This document shows positions 50,958 to 59,754 of a DNA stretch of 64,000 nucleotides, one piece after another. Position 1 is the stretch's first letter. Each line of letters opens with the position of its first letter. A model generated the notes under the pieces. The model made no database searches, was not told the DNA's origin, and saw nothing but the letters and a program-made list of their open reading frames with translations. The position numbers and the translations under genes were made by a program. The DNA comes from an uncultured Atribacterota bacterium (GTDB lineage Bacteria; Atribacterota; Phoenicimicrobiia; Phoenicimicrobiales; Stramentimicrobiaceae). The stretch is taken from positions 222 to 64,221 of the forward strand of contig CAYOLB010000303.1 in NCBI GenBank assembly GCA_964404675.1, given 5' to 3'.

Positions 50958-51694
50958 TTTTTATCATCCTTTCTGTAGAAAATAATATCACCAAAGTTTT
51001 GTGATTGTTTATAGTATACCCTCCCCTGACATATTAATTCTAAAAGAGCTAAAAATGTAACAATAATTTCTAATCTTGAGAAATTGATAGAAATCATTTT
51101 TTGAAAAGATATTTTCCCGTTATTCCTTTTAAATTGCTTTTCAATGTCATTTATTTTTTGTAAAATGTTATATTTATGCTTTTTTAAGTTTATTGTATTG
51201 TTATTATTTCTTCCTCTATTTAATATTGACTCAATTGCTAAAATAAGGTCTGAGAAATCATTCCTCTGATATTTTGCACCTTTTTCAATTTTTGGATCCA
51301 AGCTTGTTAAAAATATATTTTTTTGTATTGTTTCTTTATCTTCAAAAAAGTTTATTAAAGAATGGTATTTTTTATATTCCAACCAATATTCTTCATCAGA
51401 AATATTTTCATCTTTTTCAAAGTCTTCTTCCGTTTTTTCTTGTTTAATTGGTAACAAAAAATACGATTTCCATAAAATTAAATTGGAAATAGATACAAGA
51501 AAATCAGCTGCAATGTCTAAGTCGATAGAATTTGGCCTTGAATTAATCATATGTTCAATATATTTTTCAATAATGTCAATCAAACATATTTCATTTGGTT
51601 CAATTTCATTATTTTTTGCTTTATAAGATAATTCTTGTACATATTCTATGTAATGTTCAATTTCTGTTTCATATAAATGAATTTTTTCATGCAT
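50930..51694 (-). CDS. scpA: Segregation and condensation protein A (kleisin), divergent N-terminus
   Basis: 254 aa. Central LDIAADFLVSISNLILWKS..LLP and C-terminal winged helix VTFLALLELICQGRV...Q...FGDI match ScpA. The usual N-terminal FEGPLDLLLHLI motif is not recognisable. Confidence 0.85.
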   Translation of the reverse strand: MHEKIHLYETEIEHYIEYVQELSYKAKNNEIEPNEICLIDIIEKYIEHMINSRPNSIDLDIAADFLVSISNLILWKSYFLLPIKQEKTEEDFEKDENISDEEYWLEYKKYHSLINFFEDKETIQKNIFLTSLDPKIEKGAKYQRNDFSDLILAIESILNRGRNNNNTINLKKHKYNILQKINDIEKQFKRNNGKISFQKMISINFSRLEIIVTFLALLELICQGRVYYKQSQNFGDIIFYRKDDKKLATKKIHL

Positions 51695-52673
51695 AATCTA
51701 TTTTCATTGCTTGTCTAACTTCATTCAAGGTTTTCTGTGCAATTTTCCTTGCCTGTTTACTACCTTCCATTAAAATATCCCATACCATTTGGGAATTATT
51801 TTCATAAAAATCCCTTCTTTCCCTAAAAGACTGGAAAGATTCTATTAAGACATCTGCAAGTCTTCTTTTACATGCTACACAACCTAATTTGGCTTTTTTG
51901 CAATCACTTTCAATATTTGCAACTTCTTTTTTATTAAATATTTCATGGTATTTGAAAACAACACATACCTCAGGATGTCCTGGATCTGATAATCTTATTT
52001 TCTCTGGGTCAGTAATCATTGATAAAACTTTATTTTTTATTTCTTCAGGTTTATCAGATAAGGTAATATCATTTTTCAAGCTTTTGCTCATTTTTTTACC
52101 ATCAGTGCCTGGAATTCTTGGAGTATGTGAAAGTTTAAGCTTGGGAATAGGAAAAACATCACTGTAAAGATTATTAAATCGCCTTCCTATTTCCCGTGAC
52201 AATTCTACATGCGGAGATTGGTCTTCTCCTACCGGGACGGCGTTTGATTTGTAAATTAATATATCTGATGCCATTAATACTGGATAACCCAATAATCCAT
52301 AGCCCATATTTTCTTTTAAATTTAAATCCCTAACCTGTTCTTTTAAAACAGGATTTCTTTCTAGCCAAGCTAATGGGGTAATCATAGACAGCAAAAGATG
52401 TAGCTCTGCATGTTCTGGTACTTGAGACTGAATTAACAAAGTACTTTTTTCTGGATCTATACCAGCACTTAGCCAATCAATTACCATTTCTATCATATTG
52501 TCTTTCAACATTGATGTATCATTGTATCCCGTTGTTAAGGCATGCCAGTCTACTACCCCATAATAGCATTTATATTCATTCTGTAACTTAATCCAATTAG
52601 TTAATGCTCCATAATAATTTCCAATATGAAGTTTGCCGGTTGGTCGCATTCCGCTAAAGATAACACCTTTCAT
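51687..52673 (-). CDS. trpS: Tryptophan--tRNA ligase
   Basis: 328 aa. SGMRPTGKLHIGNYYG (HIGH region) and KMSKS. Confidence 0.96.
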   Translation of the reverse strand: MKGVIFSGMRPTGKLHIGNYYGALTNWIKLQNEYKCYYGVVDWHALTTGYNDTSMLKDNMIEMVIDWLSAGIDPEKSTLLIQSQVPEHAELHLLLSMITPLAWLERNPVLKEQVRDLNLKENMGYGLLGYPVLMASDILIYKSNAVPVGEDQSPHVELSREIGRRFNNLYSDVFPIPKLKLSHTPRIPGTDGKKMSKSLKNDITLSDKPEEIKNKVLSMITDPEKIRLSDPGHPEVCVVFKYHEIFNKKEVANIESDCKKAKLGCVACKRRLADVLIESFQSFRERRDFYENNSQMVWDILMEGSKQARKIAQKTLNEVRQAMKIDYA

Positions 52674-52740
52674 GTAATACTTTGCCTCCTTTTGTTAATA
52701 AATAGAAAATTATAAAAATAATAATTATATTATTTTCAAT

Positions 52741-53391
52741 CTATACAAAAATGTGAAAAAGATAAAAAGCAATTGGAAAAATAACTTTACCTATAAAACC
52801 ACTTAATATTAGTAATAATAAAATTACCATACCATAAGTATCATTAAGTTTTACATACTTTTTTGCCCAATAGGGTGGTAAAAGACCTAAAAGTATATGG
52901 TGCCCATCAAGAGGTGGAATCGGTATTAAGTTGAATATTGCCAAAATAAAATTAATCAATATCCCTGTTTGTAAGAATATTATCCACCCTCTAATAAATG
53001 TTATCACAATATTTGAAATATTAGTAAGATTATGTGATATAAAATTATTTAATACTATATTATTTAGCTTATATAAAAATACAAATATTAAAGCAATTAA
53101 AATATTAGATAATGGACCTGCTAATGATACCTTTATCATGTCCTTTTTCGGATTTTTGAGATTTCCATAGTTTATTGGAACTGGCTTTGCCCATCCAATA
53201 CGGAAAATAATTAACATTAATGTCCCTATTGGATCAAGATGTGCAATAGGGTTAAGGGTTAAGCGGCCCGCTAATTTTGCTGTAGGATCTCCGTAATAGT
53301 AAGCAACAAATCCATGTGCATATTCGTGTACAGTTATAGCGATTAAAACTGCTGGAATACTCCATATAATTTCGAATATATTATTAATCAT
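52741..53391 (-). CDS. Site-2 protease family (M50) membrane metalloprotease
   Basis: 216 aa polytopic protein. HEYAHG (HExxH) and NLIPIPPLDGHH. Confidence 0.85.
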   Translation of the reverse strand: MINNIFEIIWSIPAVLIAITVHEYAHGFVAYYYGDPTAKLAGRLTLNPIAHLDPIGTLMLIIFRIGWAKPVPINYGNLKNPKKDMIKVSLAGPLSNILIALIFVFLYKLNNIVLNNFISHNLTNISNIVITFIRGWIIFLQTGILINFILAIFNLIPIPPLDGHHILLGLLPPYWAKKYVKLNDTYGMVILLLLILSGFIGKVIFPIAFYLFHIFV

Positions 53392-53395
53392 ATAA

Positions 53396-56035
53396 TTATA
53401 TAATTCCCTTTTCTTTTAACCTTTTTACAAAAAGCAATTCATCTTTTCTATTTTTAAAGAGTCCATTTAATTTAAGGTATAGAACTAATTTCAATATTTT
53501 AGCATAAACTGGGCTTGGCTGCATTCCCAATTTTTTTAAATCATTACCAGAGATATAAATAGATGTATTTTTATAAATTTTTAAATAATTTTGTATGCGA
53601 TTTTTGACGAGCTTACTCTTATTTTCTTCTAATAAAATAATAAATATTAATTCATTACTAATACTGCTTAGAGAATAATATATATGGCTTGGCATAATAC
53701 ATCTTTTATTTAAAAGGTAAGCAATTCTATCTTTTTTATCAAAAATATCTTCTATTCTTTGGATATGCTTATTTTTTAATTCAATTTTCTTGGTAATACT
53801 TTTGATATCCAATTTCAATATTTTTAATAAATAGTAAATATACAAGATTCCTTTGTTAATATCTTCCTCAGGATATTTCATACCCCACTCTTTTATTATT
53901 TTTTCTATTTTTAAAAACTTATTAATCAGATTCTGTTTCAATAATAATTTTGGCAATATTCCAGCAAGAATCCCAAGCTTATCCATCCTTTGTAACACTT
54001 TTACAGGTTCTTTTTCCTGTAAAAGAATTAAAAATTCTTCACTGAGCCTCTTTTTTCTTATTCTTGAAAGAAGTCCTTCTTTAACTGCTTTTCTTAGGAA
54101 TTTTTCAGTTGATTGTTCAATTGTAAAATTATATCTTTGTTCAAATCGAACTGCCCTTAGTATTCTTGCAGGGTCTTCTGTAAAGCTTAGACTGTATAAA
54201 ATCCTAATTTTTTTTAATTCTAAGTCTCTTTTCCCACCATAAAAATCAAGTAAACGCCCAAATTTATCTTGATTTATCTGAATTGCCATAGCATTTATAG
54301 TAAAATCTCTACGATATAAATCTTTTTTAATAGAGGCAAATTCAACTTCCGGTAGTGCCGCAGGAAATTCATAAAATTCCCTTCTAGCAGAAGCAAAGTC
54401 TATTTTTAAACCATTTGGCAACACAACAACTGCTGTTTTAAATTTTTGATGAGGCCTTATTTTGCCATTTGTCCTATTCGAAAAATATTCTGCAAATTTA
54501 ATGGCATCTTCCTCGATTACAATATCTAAATCAAGATTTGGAATTCCTAAAAATAAGTCTCTTACAATTCCTCCAACCATGAAAACAGAGTACCCCAAAT
54601 CATCAGCAGCTTGACCGATTTTGTATAATGTTTCGAGGATTTCTTCTGGAAAGTATTGGTGGATCAAAGCTTTTACTTTTTCTCTTCCAGCCTCATACTT
54701 TCCAGATCTCTTTTCAAATAATAAAAATGATTCTTCATCTATATTTTTATCCCCATAGAGACTTCTTATTAAATCTGTTCTAGTAATAATTCCTTCTAAA
54801 TTTCCACTTTTGTTTAATACCAGTACCCTTCCAACATCATATTTAATCATTAATTCTTGAATTTCTAACATTGGAGTATTTAAATTAACACTAATTATAT
54901 TTTCAGACATATAGACATCAACTGTTTCCTTCTCATAATGATGATGTTGAGCTTTATATATCTCCTGACGAGTAATAATGCCTACCAATTTATCATTATT
55001 CATAACAGGGAATCCGTTGTGACCATAGCGTAACATTAATTTGGAAGCTTCTTCTATCGTTGTATTTACATCTAATGTTTTAACTGGTCTAGTCATTATA
55101 TTTTTTGCTAACGTTTCCGTTTCTATTTGATCATCAAGGATATTCTTAATTTCTTTATCTATCTCTGTTAACGATTTTTTCCTAACTACTGCTGATGCTG
55201 CTTGTGAATGTCCTCCTCCACCTATAATTTTCATAATTTTACCAACATCAACAGAATTTCGGTTACTTCTACTTACTACATACACTCTATTTTTCATTTT
55301 AACTAAAACGAAAATTACATCACAGTTAACTATCTCCATTAATTTATGAGTGACCAATGCCAATCCTTCAATATATTCACCAATTTGACTTATTGCAAAA
55401 ACAACATTTACCCCTTTGAAATATTTTTCCTGTGAATTTGATATCAACTGATTTAAAAGTTTTTTTTGTTTTGTGTTTAGACCAATATTTGTAAACTTAT
55501 TAACTGTCCTTAGATTTACACCGATAGAAAAAAGTTTACTTAAAACCTCTACATCATCTTTGGTTGTACTAGTAAATACAAGAGAACCCGTATCCTCATA
55601 GATACCCAATGCAAATAATGTCGATTCAAGAGGAGTTATAGGTATATTTTTTTCAAGTATCTTCTTTAATAGTATTGTAGTAGTTGCTCCTAGCTGTTTT
55701 ATTGTAGTTCTGGTTGCCCGAATATCATTGTCCATTGGCGGATGATGATCATAGATAACTACCTTTATATTTTTATTATTTAATAAGGATTCGAATACAC
55801 CTATTCTATCTTTTTGTCTTGTATCAACAATTATTAATTCCGAAATTTTCTTCATATTTATTTGTTTAAGTGAAGATATTTTTAATGCATTGCTATATAA
55901 ACCAAGAAAATTTCGAACATTTTCTTCTATTGCTCCTGGAAAAACCAGTTGAGCATCAGGATATAATTTTTTAGCTGCAATCATTGAAGCAAGACAATCA
56001 AAATCTGCACTTGTATGGCCAATTATTACTTTCAT
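53396..56035 (-). CDS. DHH/DHHA1 - tandem CBS - poly(A) polymerase/CCA-adding nucleotidyltransferase fusion protein
   Basis: 879 aa. N-terminal IIGHTSADFDCLAS and DHH (YDHHPP), GGGGH (DHHA1), two CBS modules, then the PolyA_pol head VGGIVRDLFLG..N.DLDIV with RDFTINAMA and the ERYNF tail region. Confidence 0.85.
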   Translation of the reverse strand: MKVIIGHTSADFDCLASMIAAKKLYPDAQLVFPGAIEENVRNFLGLYSNALKISSLKQINMKKISELIIVDTRQKDRIGVFESLLNNKNIKVVIYDHHPPMDNDIRATRTTIKQLGATTTILLKKILEKNIPITPLESTLFALGIYEDTGSLVFTSTTKDDVEVLSKLFSIGVNLRTVNKFTNIGLNTKQKKLLNQLISNSQEKYFKGVNVVFAISQIGEYIEGLALVTHKLMEIVNCDVIFVLVKMKNRVYVVSRSNRNSVDVGKIMKIIGGGGHSQAASAVVRKKSLTEIDKEIKNILDDQIETETLAKNIMTRPVKTLDVNTTIEEASKLMLRYGHNGFPVMNNDKLVGIITRQEIYKAQHHHYEKETVDVYMSENIISVNLNTPMLEIQELMIKYDVGRVLVLNKSGNLEGIITRTDLIRSLYGDKNIDEESFLLFEKRSGKYEAGREKVKALIHQYFPEEILETLYKIGQAADDLGYSVFMVGGIVRDLFLGIPNLDLDIVIEEDAIKFAEYFSNRTNGKIRPHQKFKTAVVVLPNGLKIDFASARREFYEFPAALPEVEFASIKKDLYRRDFTINAMAIQINQDKFGRLLDFYGGKRDLELKKIRILYSLSFTEDPARILRAVRFEQRYNFTIEQSTEKFLRKAVKEGLLSRIRKKRLSEEFLILLQEKEPVKVLQRMDKLGILAGILPKLLLKQNLINKFLKIEKIIKEWGMKYPEEDINKGILYIYYLLKILKLDIKSITKKIELKNKHIQRIEDIFDKKDRIAYLLNKRCIMPSHIYYSLSSISNELIFIILLEENKSKLVKNRIQNYLKIYKNTSIYISGNDLKKLGMQPSPVYAKILKLVLYLKLNGLFKNRKDELLFVKRLKEKGII

Positions 56036-56199
56036 TATATTCTCATCATTTTTTAAGGTATTAATGCAAATAAATATCGCGCCTATTTATCGGATGATTT
56101 AAAAAGCCTACAAAAGGGTCTTAAAAAAACAATATATATGTTTAAACAAACTTAAAAAGTAGAGATAGAAATAAAAAATTGTATTTTCTTATTTTATAA

Positions 56200-57564
56200 T
56201 TAATATAACTTTTTAATACCATTTTCATCAATAAAAGCTAATAGCAATGGCTCCTTTGGTGGTTTTTTATCAATAATATGAAAAGCTTTTTTTACCATGT
56301 CTTTTACCAAAATATATTTTTTTTCATCATTAAAATGTAAACTTGCTAAAGCTTCTTTTGAATTGACACTTTGACCTTTTTTCTTTTTCAATATAATTCC
56401 AGCGGATAAATCTATTTTAGAATCTTTTCTTTCCCTACCTGCCCCTAATATCCTGGAAGCTTCACCTATCATCAAAGCATCAACTATATCAATGAATCCA
56501 TTTTTATCAGAATATATTTCTCTTTGATATTTTGCTTTTGGCAATAAATCCGGTTTATAAATCTGTCGTATATCTCCATTTTGACTTTTTACCATTTGTT
56601 TAAATTTTTCTAATGCCTTACCATTTTTAAGAACTTCTTTCAAGATTTCTATTCCATCTTCTACATTTTTAGTAACATTGCCGGCTATTAACATATAAGC
56701 ACCAATAAAAAGACAGATTTCTCTTAAATCAGCAGGTCCTTTGTTTTTAAGTAGCGAAATTACCTCTTTAATTTCAAGTGAATTACCAACTGCAAATCCA
56801 AGTGGTTGATTCATTGATGAAATAACAACATAAGTATCTTTCTGATTTTTTTTTCCAATATCAACCATTGTTTTTCCTAGCAAAATAGCATCAGAAATAT
56901 TTTTTATAAATGCACCTCGTCCAACTGTAATATTTAAGACAAAAGCATCTGCACCACCTGCTATTTTTTTACTCATAATACTACTGGCAATGAGAGGTAT
57001 ACTATCAATAGTACCTGTAACATCCCTTAAAGAATAAATATGCTTATCTGCTGGTGCTAGATCAATACTAGAACTGATAATTGATACTTTTATATTTTTA
57101 ACATTCTCGATAAAGCTCTCGATATTTAGATCAGTTTGAAATCCTGTTATAGATTCAAGTTTATCAATAGTTCCTCCAGTGTGACCTAGTCCCCTACCAG
57201 AAATTTTAGGTACTGGTATTCCTACCGATGCTACCATCGGTAGTAATGCTAATGACGTCTTATCACCAACGCCTCCTGTGCTATGCTTATCAACTTTTTT
57301 CCCACTTATAGAACTTAGGTCCAACATTTTACCTGATTTTGCCATAATTATGGTTAAATCATAAGTCTCCCTCTTGTTCATACCATTAAACCATATAGCC
57401 ATCAGGAGTGCGGACATCTGATAATCAGCTATTTTACCATTTAGATAATTATCAATAGCAAATTGTATCTCTTTCGATGACAGTGCATTATTATTTTTTT
57501 TCTTCTCAATAATTTCAATAATGTTCAAAATATTATGATTAAGGCAGTTATATTGCCTTAACAC
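56200..57564 (-). CDS. pdp: Pyrimidine-nucleoside (thymidine) phosphorylase
   Basis: [43 protein letters not shown]. The start is uncertain. GTG 57564 is the track start, but TTG 57528 gives the usual [12 protein letters not shown]-terminus. An 8-bp hairpin (57541-57563) lies between the two candidates. Confidence 0.92.
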   Translation of the reverse strand: MLRQYNCLNHNILNIIEIIEKKKNNNALSSKEIQFAIDNYLNGKIADYQMSALLMAIWFNGMNKRETYDLTIIMAKSGKMLDLSSISGKKVDKHSTGGVGDKTSLALLPMVASVGIPVPKISGRGLGHTGGTIDKLESITGFQTDLNIESFIENVKNIKVSIISSSIDLAPADKHIYSLRDVTGTIDSIPLIASSIMSKKIAGGADAFVLNITVGRGAFIKNISDAILLGKTMVDIGKKNQKDTYVVISSMNQPLGFAVGNSLEIKEVISLLKNKGPADLREICLFIGAYMLIAGNVTKNVEDGIEILKEVLKNGKALEKFKQMVKSQNGDIRQIYKPDLLPKAKYQREIYSDKNGFIDIVDALMIGEASRILGAGRERKDSKIDLSAGIILKKKKGQSVNSKEALASLHFNDEKKYILVKDMVKKAFHIIDKKPPKEPLLLAFIDENGIKKLY

Positions 57565-57590
57565 CTTTTTAAATTTTCTTTAATTTTTTT

Positions 57591-59555
57591 CTATAAGAAT
57601 AATGGTATGAAAACTAGTGATACAATGGACATGACCTTAATTAGAATATTCATAGATGGCCCTGAAGTATCTTTAAAAGGATCGCCAACCGTATCACCAA
57701 TTACTCCTGCTTGATGTGCTGGAGAATTTTTACCACCGTAATTTCCTTTCTCGATATATTTTTTAGCGTTATCCCAAGCACCACCAGAATTTGCCATCAT
57801 GATTGCAAGAAAAACACCTACTACCACTGAACCTAACAATAAACCTCCTAACGCCTCTACACCTAGCAAGATTCCAACCAGGATTGGGGCAATAATTGCA
57901 ATTAATCCAGGTATAATCATTTCTTTTAATGCACCTTTGGTACTTATATCTATACATTTTTCCGGTTCTGGCTTCGCCTTCCCTTCTTTTAAACCTGGTA
58001 TATCTTTAAACTGCCTTCTAACTTCAGCAATCATTAATGACGCAGTTTTCCCAACAGCTTCAATTGTCATAGAAGCAAAAAGAAACGGCAGTATACCTCC
58101 AAGGAAGATTCCTATCATGACCATTGGGTTAGTTATACTAATTACAGACAAATCAACTGATTTGCTATACGCAGTAAATAATGCAAGTGCTGTTAAAGCA
58201 GCAGATCCAATCGCAAAACCTTTCCCAATAGCAGCAGTAGTATTTCCAACAGCATCTAAAGAATCAGTAATTTCTCTGACTTCAGGTTTTAGTCCTGCCA
58301 TTTCGGCAATACCGCCTGCATTATCAGCAATTGGTCCATAAGAATCCACTGATACGGTCATTCCCACAATTGACAACATTCCAACTGCTGCAACGGATAT
58401 TCCATACAATCCTGCAAAGAAATGTGAAATATATATTGCGATACATATAATTATTATTGGCAATGCCGTACTTTTTAATCCAACAGCAAACCCCTCGAGA
58501 ATTGTTGTAGCAGCACCTGTTAAAGAGGCTTCTGATATTTTCTTTACAGGGGAATAATCATACGAGGTATAGTATTCCGTAATTAAACCGATAGCTACCC
58601 CGGCAATTAATCCAGATATAGTAGCAAAGAAAAGATCTAACGTACCAAATAAGGCATATGACAACACTAATGATGCAATTACAACCAAAATACCACTAAT
58701 ATATGTTCCAGAATTTAATGCTTTATGAATACTCTGATTGTCTTTAGGGTTAATAAAAAATGTTGCAATAATTACAGAAATAATTCCACAAGAGGCAAGA
58801 ATTAATGGATAAATAATATAATTTATTGAATTATGCAATAAACTCCCCAATATCATGCATGATAAAATAGAACCCACATAAGATTCAAATAGATCTGCTC
58901 CCATTCCAGCCACATCTCCCACATTATCTCCAACATTATCAGCAATAACTGCGGGATTTCTAGGATCATCTTCAGGTATTCCCGCTTCTAATTTTCCAAC
59001 CAAATCCGCACCTACATCTGCTGCCTTAGTATAAATACCTCCGCCTACTCTGGCAAACAAAGCAATTGAACTGGCACCTAAAGCAAAACCATTGATAAGA
59101 TTTGGATCTTCATACAAGTAATAGAGTACTCCCAAGCCTACTAGACCAAAACCTGCAACTGACATGCCCATTACTGCTCCTCCCGAAAAGGCTATTTTTA
59201 GAGCTTTTGCTAATCCATATTCCTGGGCTGCAAATGTGGTTCTGCTATTGGTTTTTGTAGCAATCTTCATCCCAATAAATCCAGCTACTGCTGAACTTAA
59301 TGCTCCCAAAACAAAAGAAAAGCCAGTTACACCACCTCTAACCAAAACAATTATAATTCCAATAATAATGACAAAAAATATCAGAATAGAGTATTCTCTC
59401 TTTAGAAATGTCATTGCACCTTTTTCAATTGAACTAGAAATTTCCTGCATCAAATCATTCCCTGGTTTTTCAATTAAGACACGTTTTGCCAGTATCATTG
59501 CGTACAATAAAGACACCAAACCACTAATAATTATTAATAACTTAATTACCGACAT
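57591..59555 (-). CDS. hppA: Membrane-integral ion-translocating pyrophosphatase (K+-dependent type)
   Basis: Polytopic protein. [71 protein letters not shown]. The preferred start is ATG 59555, with AAGGAG 7 nt upstream. The track's TTG at 59591 adds 12 residues. Confidence 0.95.
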   Translation of the reverse strand: MSVIKLLIIISGLVSLLYAMILAKRVLIEKPGNDLMQEISSSIEKGAMTFLKREYSILIFFVIIIGIIIVLVRGGVTGFSFVLGALSSAVAGFIGMKIATKTNSRTTFAAQEYGLAKALKIAFSGGAVMGMSVAGFGLVGLGVLYYLYEDPNLINGFALGASSIALFARVGGGIYTKAADVGADLVGKLEAGIPEDDPRNPAVIADNVGDNVGDVAGMGADLFESYVGSILSCMILGSLLHNSINYIIYPLILASCGIISVIIATFFINPKDNQSIHKALNSGTYISGILVVIASLVLSYALFGTLDLFFATISGLIAGVAIGLITEYYTSYDYSPVKKISEASLTGAATTILEGFAVGLKSTALPIIIICIAIYISHFFAGLYGISVAAVGMLSIVGMTVSVDSYGPIADNAGGIAEMAGLKPEVREITDSLDAVGNTTAAIGKGFAIGSAALTALALFTAYSKSVDLSVISITNPMVMIGIFLGGILPFLFASMTIEAVGKTASLMIAEVRRQFKDIPGLKEGKAKPEPEKCIDISTKGALKEMIIPGLIAIIAPILVGILLGVEALGGLLLGSVVVGVFLAIMMANSGGAWDNAKKYIEKGNYGGKNSPAHQAGVIGDTVGDPFKDTSGPSMNILIKVMSIVSLVFIPLFL

Positions 59556-59655
59556 TTTATGGCTCCTTTTAATATTTTTAATGTTGATCAAGAATAATAA
59601 TTTATTTAATCTTAAAAATAAATATCAATAATAATTCTATTTTATTATAGTCCAA

Positions 59656-59707
59656 ATTACAAGGTGGCTTCCTGTATTTTATAGTTAAAAGGAAACCACC
59701 TTGTAAT
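59656..59707 (-). terminator. 17-bp stem-loop between ppdK and hppA (possible terminator or processing site; no clear U-tract)
   Basis: attacaaggtggcttcc (59656-59672) pairs with ggaaaccaccttgtaat (59691-59707). Loop is 18 nt. The single non-Watson-Crick position is a G-U wobble in minus-strand RNA only. The downstream sequence UUGGACUAUAAUAAAAU is not a canonical U run. Confidence 0.4.
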
Positions 59708-59754
59708 ATTCTAAACTATATTAAACTATATTTAAGTAATATACGTTGAATATT

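Noticed and set aside
52674-52740. T-box leader upstream of trpS
   Set aside because: Only 67 nt separate trpS from the upstream M50 protease gene. That is far too short for a T-box, and no specifier or T-box sequence is visible.
57799-59631. Long plus-strand ORFs (57799-58341, 180 aa; 59164-59631, 155 aa) antisense to hppA
   Set aside because: They lie entirely inside a very well supported minus-strand gene. They are low-complexity Pro/Ala/Ile-rich mirror translations of a Gly/Ala/Val-rich membrane protein and have no RBS. They are typical shadow ORFs.
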